Positions 39,621 through 48,836 of a stretch of 64,000 nt of DNA are shown piece by piece. Both the position numbers and the translations under genes were made by a program. Every line of letters begins with the position of its first letter. Within the stretch, counting starts at the first letter, position 1. Source of the DNA: a virus (lineage: Duplodnaviria; Caudoviricetes); IMG/VR virus record IMGVR_UViG_3300031993_000004, positions 32,001 to 96,000 of that record. The stretch is one strand, 5' to 3'. Below the pieces are notes generated by a model, which was not told the DNA's origin, made no database searches, and worked only from the letters and a program-made list of their open reading frames with translations.

Positions 39621-40766
39621 TTACTCTTCAGCTGCAGCAGCCTCTTCACCAGTATCAGCCACATCACCAGTACCGGTTGCGACATGACCCAGAGCAGCAA
39701 CAGCATCGGAGAAGGTCTTGACGACCATGTCAGAAGAACGCTCGATGGAACCTGCCCATTCCTTTGCGTTTGCATTGATCTTGTCGAAGTTCTTGGAGAT
39801 CTTCTTTGCCGCGCGATCTTCGGAAGCTGCATGACGACGAGACTCGGAATCACACAGAGCGCGGATATTCTGCTCAGCGCCACTCTTCTTGGTAGCGGTT
39901 GCAGACTTGACGATGCCGTCGGAGATCTGACGAGCAACGTACGTGTAGGTGATCAGCCATGCGATGTCATCAGCATCTGCAGACTTCGTAGTGGTGATCT
40001 TGCCCAGCGGCTTCACGTTGGTACCCTTCTGCAGTGCCTTATACAGTGCAGCTGCATCCGGAACGCCGCCCTTGGAGAAACCGGTCTTCGGATCGTTGAC
40101 CGCAGTCGGGTCTCCGCCGACGAATCTGGAACCCCAGGCCTTCATTGTCTTGACGAAGTTCTTGTCGAGAGACAGGACTTCCTGAACGGTAGGATCTTCG
40201 ATACAGTCACCGATGCTCAGTCCGAAGACTGCAGCCAGGTGTGCCATCGCGTTACCGTAGTTGAAAATCAGATTCTCAGCACCGGACTCAGTCGGGAACG
40301 GAACGGAGAACTTGATCTTGTTGCCGACCTTTCTGTTAGCAGCGAACTCGCGAACGAGTGCCTTGCCGAGAGGTCTTGCAAAGGAGATCATAAAGTTACC
40401 GGAGTTGGCAGCAGAAGTGGAAATACCATACTTCTTGCCAAGGCCGATAATTGCCTTCATATCGCGGTCTGCAGCAGCCTTAACTTTTCTTGCATTCTCG
40501 ACGAGAACGTCGTAAATGCCGATCAGCTCCTGAGCAACAGCTTCAGATGCCAGGCCAGGTGCTTCAGCCGGATCAGTCGGAAGACCGGAAGCTTCAGCAG
40601 CCTCAGCCGCTTCCTGGATAACAGAATTTTCAGCGTCTGCGAGCAGAGATGCATATTCATACATCATCGACGCAACATCAACACGACCGGCGGCAAACTT
40701 TGCATTGACATTATGCATGCTTGCATCGCCAGTGTCGAGATCGAGGAGAATTTGTGAAAATCTCAT
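39621..40766 (-). CDS. abundant Ala-rich virion/internal head protein
   Basis: Propeptide-like N-terminus ending VIQE-A; strong codon bias. Confidence 0.65.
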   Translation of the reverse strand: MRFSQILLDLDTGDASMHNVNAKFAAGRVDVASMMYEYASLLADAENSVIQEAAEAAEASGLPTDPAEAPGLASEAVAQELIGIYDVLVENARKVKAAADRDMKAIIGLGKKYGISTSAANSGNFMISFARPLGKALVREFAANRKVGNKIKFSVPFPTESGAENLIFNYGNAMAHLAAVFGLSIGDCIEDPTVQEVLSLDKNFVKTMKAWGSRFVGGDPTAVNDPKTGFSKGGVPDAAALYKALQKGTNVKPLGKITTTKSADADDIAWLITYTYVARQISDGIVKSATATKKSGAEQNIRALCDSESRRHAASEDRAAKKISKNFDKINANAKEWAGSIERSSDMVVKTFSDAVAALGHVATGTGDVADTGEEAAAAEE

Positions 40767-40861
40767 ATTATCTGATTCCTTTCTATTTGATTATATCTAC
40801 AATAGAATCTACGATAAGAGCCCCCTGATACCGCAGTTTCCATGTAAATTACAATTTGGTG

Positions 40862-41200
40862 TTAGCCGGAAAGATTATCTCTCATTTCCAGCTTATAGCG
40901 GTCGATCAATTGGTTCGCTTGATCTTTATACTTGTTGATGACATCGCATCTACACTTGCGGTGAGACATGCCGGCACGTACCAGTGCGGCATAATCAGGA
41001 TCATCATTACGCTTTGCCAGCATCAGTGCAACAGTTGATGTCGCAACATTGTTGATGGAGTCCTCGGTGAGATTGATTGTGTTCTTCACATCGAGTCCAT
41101 TACTCTTTGCCAGATTCTGCAGTTGCTGATTCTGTGTGAGATGTGTCATGATCTTTCCGACAACCTGCAGCATTGCGTCGTCAGTATAAACTTCACTCAT
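40862..41200 (-). CDS. hypothetical protein
   Basis: GAAAGGAG RBS. Confidence 0.7.
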   Translation of the reverse strand: MSEVYTDDAMLQVVGKIMTHLTQNQQLQNLAKSNGLDVKNTINLTEDSINNVATSTVALMLAKRNDDPDYAALVRAGMSHRKCRCDVINKYKDQANQLIDRYKLEMRDNLSG

Positions 41201-41323
41201 TTTGATCGTCTCCTTTCATTCAAAAATATATCCAAGACTGAGCCGGATATTACCATAACGTGGCACTATATATAGTACGAATCAAAAAAAAAAGACAGAG
41301 ATACTATTATAATATCTCCGTCT

Positions 41324-41587
41324 TTAAAATGGTACCTCACATGGCAGTGGATTCTCGTAATGGATAATTTCTTTGCTGTTCATAATGACCATGTCATAGT
41401 TGCCAGACAACAATTGAGCTGCATAATATTCCATCTCACGCAATGCGGCTTCTTGTCTGTCATCATTGACGGCGATATGTTTTCTGTATGCCTTCAATAA
41501 TGCATCAAGTTGTTTGGCATAATATTCTATCTCAGATGAATATATGACCGGCAATTTGTCAGCATTTTTATTTACCATGATATCCAT
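41324..41587 (-). CDS. hypothetical protein
   Basis: GAAAGGAG RBS. Confidence 0.65.
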   Translation of the reverse strand: MDIMVNKNADKLPVIYSSEIEYYAKQLDALLKAYRKHIAVNDDRQEAALREMEYYAAQLLSGNYDMVIMNSKEIIHYENPLPCEVPF

Positions 41588-41679
41588 TGTATAACTCTCC
41601 TTTCTAGGGTGAACAAATTTTCTAATATGCCATCGGTATATTTCAAATTGAATATATATCTACGGAAAGGAAGAAAAAT

Positions 41680-42195
41680 ATGTTTGACATGGAAAACCAT
41701 GAACTGATCGCAAAGTTCATAAATGAAAGAAAACCAGAGTCGTACGTTGCCCCGTTATACATCAAAATGTATAATGAACGATACGACCTTTGCGAAATCA
41801 CACAGATTGACAATTTCACACCTTCTGGTTGTAAGATTGGATTCGGTGCGCACTTCTCGCTGATCGACAAATATTCATTCCCGGATAATATGCTGCGCGC
41901 ATTCGAACCGGTTGAAGCATTCACAACATTTGACGAAGAACGGAATCTGAGTGATCGTTATATCATTATCGAAACAGGTATCGTTGATTTGTCAATTGAT
42001 TCTGAAACCGGTACATTTGCAGACAAACAATCCGACGGTACTGTGGTGGAAATTACGCAACGGGTTGTTTACAATAAAGCTGTATTGGAGCAAATGGAAT
42101 ATTACCAGAATATGTTGCTTGATTTCCTATCCAAACAGCAAGAAGAAATCCGTAAGAAACGTTTGGCTGCAGCAATGTCTGAATATGCCTCTTGA
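41680..42195 (+). CDS. hypothetical protein
   Basis: GAAAGGA RBS. Confidence 0.7.
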   Translation: MFDMENHELIAKFINERKPESYVAPLYIKMYNERYDLCEITQIDNFTPSGCKIGFGAHFSLIDKYSFPDNMLRAFEPVEAFTTFDEERNLSDRYIIIETGIVDLSIDSETGTFADKQSDGTVVEITQRVVYNKAVLEQMEYYQNMLLDFLSKQQEEIRKKRLAAAMSEYAS

Positions 42196-42285
42196 TCATT
42201 TTTTATTTTCATGAATATATATACTTGCATTGACGGAGTCAGGTGCCAGTGTAAGATTAAATAGAAAATTGAAAGAGGTGATTAC

Positions 42286-43218
42286 ATGGATGCAGCATTG
42301 GCAGAATTCAAAAGAAGATTATTGGCGACAGGTTTGTTTATGAAAGTTTCCGCAAAAGGACAGTATCGGTGTAAGACATGTCCGTATTGTGGTGATACAA
42401 ACAAACACATGTATGTGAAAATCGATTTGGATTCTGATATGCCTGTTGTATGCAAATGTCATAAATGCAATGCCGGCGGATTATTGAAACAAGATTGGTT
42501 GGATTATTTTGGAATCGATGATATTCAAGTCCCAAAGATGAAAGGTACACGACGAGTCTTTGGCAAGAACGGAGATACAACAATTCCAGAATTGATTGAT
42601 TTCGACAAAGATCAGGATGCGATTCAAATATGCCGCGATTATATTCTGAAACGTGTCGGAGAAACACCAACTGCGGGTGATCTAAAAGCATTCCAATTCA
42701 TAGGCAATGTTGAATCCTATGTGACAGCATATCTCGGCGGAGATACACGCGGATTACGAAATCGAGTTTGGTTCTGTTTGAATACCGGAAACATCATCGG
42801 AAGACGTCTGGATGATATCGATTCATTTAGATGGGTCAAAAAGAATTATAATGGTGATTCCAAAGGCCGCGGATTATATGTCATCAAGAAACCTGCTGAT
42901 ACATTACAGACAATCAATGTTTGTATTTGTGAAGGAATTATGGACGCAATCGGATTGTACTATCATGCTCATGTAAACAATGCGTTCTTCATTGGATGTA
43001 TGGGCAGTGAGTATAAAGCGGCGTTGAAGTATGTCATTGATCATGGTATCTTTGGAGAAAGTGTGAACATTCGGATTTACAAAGACCCCAACATCAATTA
43101 TGTTGATATCCCTAAACGGTATCGACGCATGTTCAAATCGATATCCATTTATAAGAATGCATTCGGAAAAGATTTCGGTGTTCCAGAAGATGAAATCGAA
43201 TTCGAGAAGTGTATGTGA
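42286..43218 (+). CDS. DNA primase (T4 gp61/DnaG-like)
   Basis: CPYCGD..HMY..CHKC Zn finger; IIGR; TOPRIM motif ICEGIMDA. Confidence 0.85.
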   Translation: MDAALAEFKRRLLATGLFMKVSAKGQYRCKTCPYCGDTNKHMYVKIDLDSDMPVVCKCHKCNAGGLLKQDWLDYFGIDDIQVPKMKGTRRVFGKNGDTTIPELIDFDKDQDAIQICRDYILKRVGETPTAGDLKAFQFIGNVESYVTAYLGGDTRGLRNRVWFCLNTGNIIGRRLDDIDSFRWVKKNYNGDSKGRGLYVIKKPADTLQTINVCICEGIMDAIGLYYHAHVNNAFFIGCMGSEYKAALKYVIDHGIFGESVNIRIYKDPNINYVDIPKRYRRMFKSISIYKNAFGKDFGVPEDEIEFEKCM

Positions 43219-43250
43219 TGGGGGCTTCGGCCCCCATCTATTTATTTTTT
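43217..43250 (+). terminator. intrinsic terminator
   Basis: GATGGGGGC-TTCG-GCCCCCATC followed by a T-rich tract. Confidence 0.8.
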
Positions 43251-43253
43251 CTC

Positions 43254-43270
43254 CATATGTATATTATTAT
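43254..43270 (+). promoter_or_regulatory. putative early promoter motif
   Basis: CATATGTATATTATTAT. Confidence 0.55.
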
Positions 43271-43328
43271 ACTGAACGGATCAAAGAATTTTCCGTTACA
43301 ATTTCTTTTTGCCGAAAGGAGTAATATC

Positions 43329-44216
43329 ATGGATTTCAATTATGGGTCTACAAACTTCCAGGTTGACACAACGAGTCTGCAAAACAATGTGCACAACCAC
43401 AAACCGGAATACGCATTTAAATATGAAATGCGGATGGCTACTGGTGATGCCAAACCCGAGTCCAGTTTAAAACAACTTGATCAAATTTACGATGTGGACA
43501 TCGAGAACCTTCAGCGCGATCGGGACGGTCTCCAAGCAAATGCTGACAGAATCGCCACAGAAATTGGCGAAAAATATGCCGATTCATGCCGAGCAGGAAT
43601 TCTGTCAATCAATAACAGGATTGATTGCATTAATTCATGCCGTACCGCTGCAAAATCGATTGCTGAACTCACGGAAGAAATCGAACAGAGACTCGGTCTC
43701 AAACTGTTTGCGGATTCACATCCGTCGTCAACACATTGGACTGCAGAAAGTGTATACACAATCGGAGAATCGCCGCTTCTTATTGTGCTTTCCGTGTACT
43801 GTATGAACACAACCGGAAATCACATTCATTTTGTATACCAGGTTGGATGGATACTCTTGACAACAGATCATCCAGAGTATCTCGCACGGCACACGGATGA
43901 CGAGAGCTATGCCGAATGGCTTGAAGGCGGCATCATGGCACATCGCTATGAATCAATATCAGGGTCCATCGTAAACATCAACAATCGCGTTGGATGTTTT
44001 CAAAGCCGCAATTATACTGCAAAAGACGGCGAGCCACTTTGCAGCACATTCGTTATGGCGAATCTTGCAGATATTCCGGACTATGAAGCCGCGAAGATTC
44101 GTCAAATTAGAGATATCATGGATGATATCCTGGAAAGTAAGGCATCCACTTTGATCTATGGTGTCGGAAGCGCCGTGTTGAGGAGTAATGATGATGGACA
44201 AAATGACAATATTTGA
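43329..44216 (+). CDS. hypothetical protein
   Basis: GAAAGGAG RBS before ATG 43329. Confidence 0.7.
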   Translation: MDFNYGSTNFQVDTTSLQNNVHNHKPEYAFKYEMRMATGDAKPESSLKQLDQIYDVDIENLQRDRDGLQANADRIATEIGEKYADSCRAGILSINNRIDCINSCRTAAKSIAELTEEIEQRLGLKLFADSHPSSTHWTAESVYTIGESPLLIVLSVYCMNTTGNHIHFVYQVGWILLTTDHPEYLARHTDDESYAEWLEGGIMAHRYESISGSIVNINNRVGCFQSRNYTAKDGEPLCSTFVMANLADIPDYEAAKIRQIRDIMDDILESKASTLIYGVGSAVLRSNDDGQNDNI

Positions 44217-44622
44217 TCGGCTTCGGGATTATGAAGATGATGCGAAGCATCTCTTTTCCGATGATGAAAGAAATGAAATCTGTTCCGTGTACAGTGGAGA
44301 ATGTGCTGCAGGTGTATTTGTTGTCTTCAAATTCTCGCGACACATAAAGAAACTGAGAATGTACAAATATAAACTCAGTGATGGAACAGAGAACATCGGA
44401 TACATTTCGAATTATAATATTTTGATTTGTATCGCAACAGATCAATATACGCCGGCAACGCAGTTCATGTTGCTGTCCGATGAAGATATCCGCAGTGCTA
44501 TCAAAGGCCTGTATATCAACGGCCCGTTTACACAGGTTGACTGCGCGGCATTTTTGGATGTCTCGCAGTCGACTGTTTCAAATATCGCAAGAGAAATAAA
44601 GGAGGAATTGAGTAATGCATGA
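44188..44622 (+). CDS. C-terminal helix-turn-helix DNA-binding protein
   Basis: FTQVDCAAFLDVSQSTVSNIAR. Confidence 0.7.
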   Translation: MMMDKMTIFDRLRDYEDDAKHLFSDDERNEICSVYSGECAAGVFVVFKFSRHIKKLRMYKYKLSDGTENIGYISNYNILICIATDQYTPATQFMLLSDEDIRSAIKGLYINGPFTQVDCAAFLDVSQSTVSNIAREIKEELSNA

Positions 44623-45454
44623 TGCCGAATTAATGCTGACTGCTATCCGTCAGGATGGTGAACGACTCCGGCACAAAAGATTTCATCTCAAATCTTTTGA
44701 TATGCCTGACATCAAAAGACAGTTTCCTGATGCGTACGAGACAAAGATCGGATACCAAAGACTGATCGAAGAAATCGGGCGGATCGAGTCGATCCGGGAT
44801 TTCGATGAACAGCATATTGACGATTATAAGAGAATCTCTGATACGGTCGATAAGATCGTGCGGGAACTGGATTTCACGGCCATTCAGACCGGTGATCACA
44901 TCCGAAATTTTGAATTTCCGGTATCTATTACCAGCGGCCTGGATGTGGATGACGAAGAATCTACACCCAATACGCTGACTGGTGTCATGTACCGGATCCG
45001 GCAAATCACATCCTGTAATTCTAGATCGGTATTTTATGCACCAGCCACATATTGTGGAATGGTGTTTGAATTTTCAATTCAGCATAAATACACAGCACTG
45101 AACGAACAGACCATTGTCAATTCCATATGGACAAGAGAAAAATATGACATCACTGGAATCAAGTTACTTATTTCAGCGATCCCGCTTGACAAAAGCGCAT
45201 TTCTTGAAGAGTGGTTGCCTGCACTGAATCTGGAGAAGAACTTGGGCTCAAAGGGCGCAAGGGTCATTTTTGCAATTGATCCGGAACGGGGAACCCTTGA
45301 ATACCCTGATAAGAACAGGCTTATCATTCCGGCGTGGAATTACTATAACCAGTCTGTTGCTGAAGGCCTGATTGACAACGCTGTAAAACATATCAGTGAG
45401 TCGTGCCTGGATGTTTTCTTTCCGAAGCCCGCATCTGAACCCGTCACCGAATAA
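44615..45454 (+). CDS. hypothetical protein
   Basis: AAGGAGG RBS. Confidence 0.7.
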   Translation: MHDAELMLTAIRQDGERLRHKRFHLKSFDMPDIKRQFPDAYETKIGYQRLIEEIGRIESIRDFDEQHIDDYKRISDTVDKIVRELDFTAIQTGDHIRNFEFPVSITSGLDVDDEESTPNTLTGVMYRIRQITSCNSRSVFYAPATYCGMVFEFSIQHKYTALNEQTIVNSIWTREKYDITGIKLLISAIPLDKSAFLEEWLPALNLEKNLGSKGARVIFAIDPERGTLEYPDKNRLIIPAWNYYNQSVAEGLIDNAVKHISESCLDVFFPKPASEPVTE

Positions 45455-45476
45455 AGAACCCCAAGGAGGAATCCAA

Positions 45477-46616
45477 ATGCCAGCCAAATACCTCAGACCA
45501 TCAAAACCGACATATTATCTAAGCTTTGCTGAAACCGCAGCAAGACGCTCCACTTGCTTGAAACGACGATATGGTGCGGTCATCGTTAAAGATGACCGCA
45601 TCATTTCAACCGGATACAATGGAGCGCCGCGTGGTCGGATAAATTGCGTTGAGATCGGGTGTCCGCGTTTGAATGTTCCAAACAATACAGAATACTCAAC
45701 ATGCCGGTCCGTCCATGCCGAAGCAAACGCAATGTTACACGCCGAATATACTGACATGATCGGATCGACATTATATCTGTATGGGTATGATGTCGTGAAA
45801 GACGAGCGTGTTAAAGATTGCGAACCATGTCCCATGTGTAAGCGCATGATCATTAATGCGCAAATCAAAGATGTCGTTGTATATGACAGAGATCTGAATG
45901 TCAAAACCTTTCATGTGAAGGACTGGACATTACCATGCAACGACGATTCCATTCCTGAGAAAGAACCGGAACTCTCCGATCCGGCGACGACGCCGTCCGA
46001 AGATACTCTGGACGTTGTTCTCATGAATAACGTTGAATCATCTAACGATGAAACAATACCATTTCTCGCGTCATCAAAACATCTTGAAGAGCTGATTGAG
46101 AAAGATCCCCAAACACAGATAACCGACGTGGATATATTGATGCGGTGTTACACGTTGTACCGCGATTCATTACGGTTTGCAATGTCAAATACGAACATGC
46201 CATTAGCATTGACAGAACTTTGTGTCTGCTTCTATGCTGGACACGGACATGTGGGCCTTGTAAATCAGAGTGCAATATCCAACTTCATGCTTGATTATGC
46301 GGGTAAAACGTTGCCTGCATATATTGATACATGTGTGCGAAATGCATTGTACAAATGCAGTCGATTCGAATGTGTCAATAACCGGTTGAGCTTTAGTTAT
46401 AATGGTAGATGGGGCGAAATCAGAAAGACAATTGATGCAACGGCTTACAAATATTTGCTTCCGGCAATTCGCGTCAGACGTGCGTTGTTACATGCAGGCT
46501 TCCTGGACGCAAATACCGAGAATCTATTGCTGAAGCTTCAGCGATATCTGAAGGAACGAAATGCGTTCCACGAAAGCACGCCGTGGGAACCCGGCATCCA
46601 ATATCCGATTTACTGA
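45477..46616 (+). CDS. dCMP deaminase with a C-terminal extension of unknown function
   Basis: RSTC, GAVIV, TGYNG, HAEANA and PCPMC motifs. Confidence 0.9.
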   Translation: MPAKYLRPSKPTYYLSFAETAARRSTCLKRRYGAVIVKDDRIISTGYNGAPRGRINCVEIGCPRLNVPNNTEYSTCRSVHAEANAMLHAEYTDMIGSTLYLYGYDVVKDERVKDCEPCPMCKRMIINAQIKDVVVYDRDLNVKTFHVKDWTLPCNDDSIPEKEPELSDPATTPSEDTLDVVLMNNVESSNDETIPFLASSKHLEELIEKDPQTQITDVDILMRCYTLYRDSLRFAMSNTNMPLALTELCVCFYAGHGHVGLVNQSAISNFMLDYAGKTLPAYIDTCVRNALYKCSRFECVNNRLSFSYNGRWGEIRKTIDATAYKYLLPAIRVRRALLHAGFLDANTENLLLKLQRYLKERNAFHESTPWEPGIQYPIY

Positions 46617-46654
46617 TACAAATACTTGCAGTGCCCGCCATATGGCGGGCATTG

Positions 46655-48690
46655 TAATGTAATGGTACGGTATGGAAGAGTTCGGTAGGGTCTTGCTCCG
46701 TTCTGTGTGGGTGGAGTGCGCTGTAGTTCTGTTCCGTGTAGGTGAAGTGCACTGTAGTCCTGTTCGGTGCAGGTAAAGTCTGGGATGGTTCTGGTAAGTT
46801 TAGCAATGTGATTGCACGGTTAGGCAAACTGCCGCATTGTCTAGCTACGTATTGTGACTGTGGTGCTGCGGTTTCGCGATGTAACCTGTGGTATCGTATG
46901 GGCATGGTATCGTTGAATTCAGTAATGATTCGTTCGGCGATGTGATTGTGATGCGGTGTACCATACCGTCGCGTGGAGGTAGTGTGGGGCAGAGTGGTGA
47001 CGTGCATCGTTATGATATGTGAAGCAACTGTAAAGAGTCGTGGAGTATCGCTATGTCAAGGCAAGGCACAGTATTCTCTCGTCATGTCTCGTGGCGTCAA
47101 TGTAGTGTAGTATAGTGTGCCGTGGCGTAAAGGTACAGCGGGGCTTTGTCAAGTAATGTAACGGTAAAGTGGCGCGGTGTAAGGTCACATCGCGTTTTGT
47201 CACGTTGCGTTTCGGTAAAGTAATGTATTGTCTTGTATCGTTGGGGTGAGGTCCGGTAAGGTGCGTTATCGTAAGGCGGTGTGGCGTACAGTAAAGGTAC
47301 TGTAATGTCGGGCGCTGTCACGTTACGGCAAAGTGAATTCTGGTATGGTGACGTAACGTAAATGTTTCGTAATGTTTCATTTAGCAACGTAATGGCATAG
47401 TGAAGTCTGGTATGGTGCCGTGATGTAATGGCAAAGTGCTGTGAAGTTATGTATGGTAAAGGTATGGTTGCGTCCGGTAAGGCGCAGTAGTATATTGTGA
47501 CGTGAATGTAAGGTAAAGTGGGGTATGCTTATGTGAAGCAGCGACCCAGTAATTCAGTCACGGTATGGCGACGTAACGTAGAGTATCGTTACGTGGGGTT
47601 ATGGCAAAGTGTTGGTTAGCTTCGTACAGCTCAGTCATGCAACAGTGAGGTTTGGCAGGGTTGGGTAAAGTCATGTAAAGGCAGGGTGAGGTGTGGCAGA
47701 ATAACGTGTGGCAATGTCACGTAACGGTGAAGAATGGTGCAGTGTTGAGTTGTTCCGTTAAGTGATGGCACGGTGTTGATTAGCTTCGTACAGCTCAGTC
47801 GCGCAACAGTGAAGTGAAGTAGCGCACGGTGGAGCTATGTAAAGGCAAGGCGGGGTGTGGCGTTGAACTGTTGAGCTCTGTCACTGTGAGGTGAGGCGTG
47901 GTAGCGAGCGTATGGCAATGCCTCGTAAGGTATTGGTATGGTATGGCTGTGTCTCGCAGAGTGATGGTTAAGTGATGTTGTGTTGAGTGTTGTATCGTTT
48001 GGCCATGGCATGGTGTCGTATCGTATGGTCACGGTCGGTTCTGTAAAGGCAAAGTACGTTGTCGTCTGGTGGAGTCTCGTGGTGTCAATGTAGTGTAGTG
48101 CTCAGCGATGTCAGGTTACGGTAACGGTACGGTGCTGTTTGGTAGAGCTTAGTTTAGTAAAGGTACAGCATGGTTATGTACTGATTGATTGAGTAATGCG
48201 CTGTAATGGCATGGTTCGGTCCGGTCCTCTCCTGTTATGTAATGGCATGGTGGAATGTTGTGACGTAATGCCACGTAAGGTCTTGCAACGCAATTGTACA
48301 GCATTGTCTGGTCTAGTGCGGCCAAGTGCTGTCTGGTCTCGGTATGGTATATTCCAGTCACGATCTTTGCGGTTAGGTGTTGTGTTGTAAAGGTGCGGCA
48401 GGGTTGCGCGAGGTGCCGTTGCGTAATGCTTCGTGAGGTAATTGTACAACATTGTCTAGTTTTGGTATGGCGTAGAGACGTTCCGTAACGGTGATGTGAT
48501 GTGTAGTTCCGTCGGGTATAGTAAAGGTATGGTTCTGCGAGGTGTTCTGAAGTATTGTGAGGTCAGGTCTAGGTAAGGTAATACATCGTAAGATGCAGAA
48601 CTGTCTGGGGATGGTACAGCACATCAAAGTTATGTACTGCAAAGTTGTGTCTCGGCGCAGCTCAGTGACGATCCGCTTTGTGAAGTAACC
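46655..48690 (+). repeat. NGY-NN pentamer array 1, putative guide-RNA array
   Basis: 5-nt periodic GT/GC with regular +1 phase shifts; G/T-skewed and non-coding. Confidence 0.85.
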
Positions 48691-48705
48691 TGAAGTTCAG
48701 ATTTG

Positions 48706-48743
48706 AAAAAAGATGGGGCGCATCACGCCCCATCTTTTTTCTT
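48706..48743 (+). terminator. intrinsic terminator closing array 1
   Basis: AAAAAAGATGGGGCG-CATCA-CGCCCCATCTTTTTT. Confidence 0.85.
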
Positions 48744-48744
48744 G

Positions 48745-48766
48745 AATTTCATATATATATCATTAT
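48745..48766 (+). promoter_or_regulatory. putative early promoter motif
   Basis: AATTTCATATATATATCATTAT. Confidence 0.6.
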
Positions 48767-48836
48767 AGGGAATGGGATTTCAAAATCTCATTAAGCTTTA
48801 TTCCGTACGGAATCGAATCAGAAAGTGAGGAGAAAA

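Noticed and set aside
39552-40757. 401-aa + strand ORF
   Set aside because: Antisense shadow caused by the codon bias of 39621-40766
46474-48642. Short ORFs on both strands across array 1 (Thr/His/Pro/Tyr-rich or Val/Cys-rich)
   Set aside because: They are by-products of the G/T-skewed period-5 repeat, have no RBS, and a period of 5 does not fit codon structure
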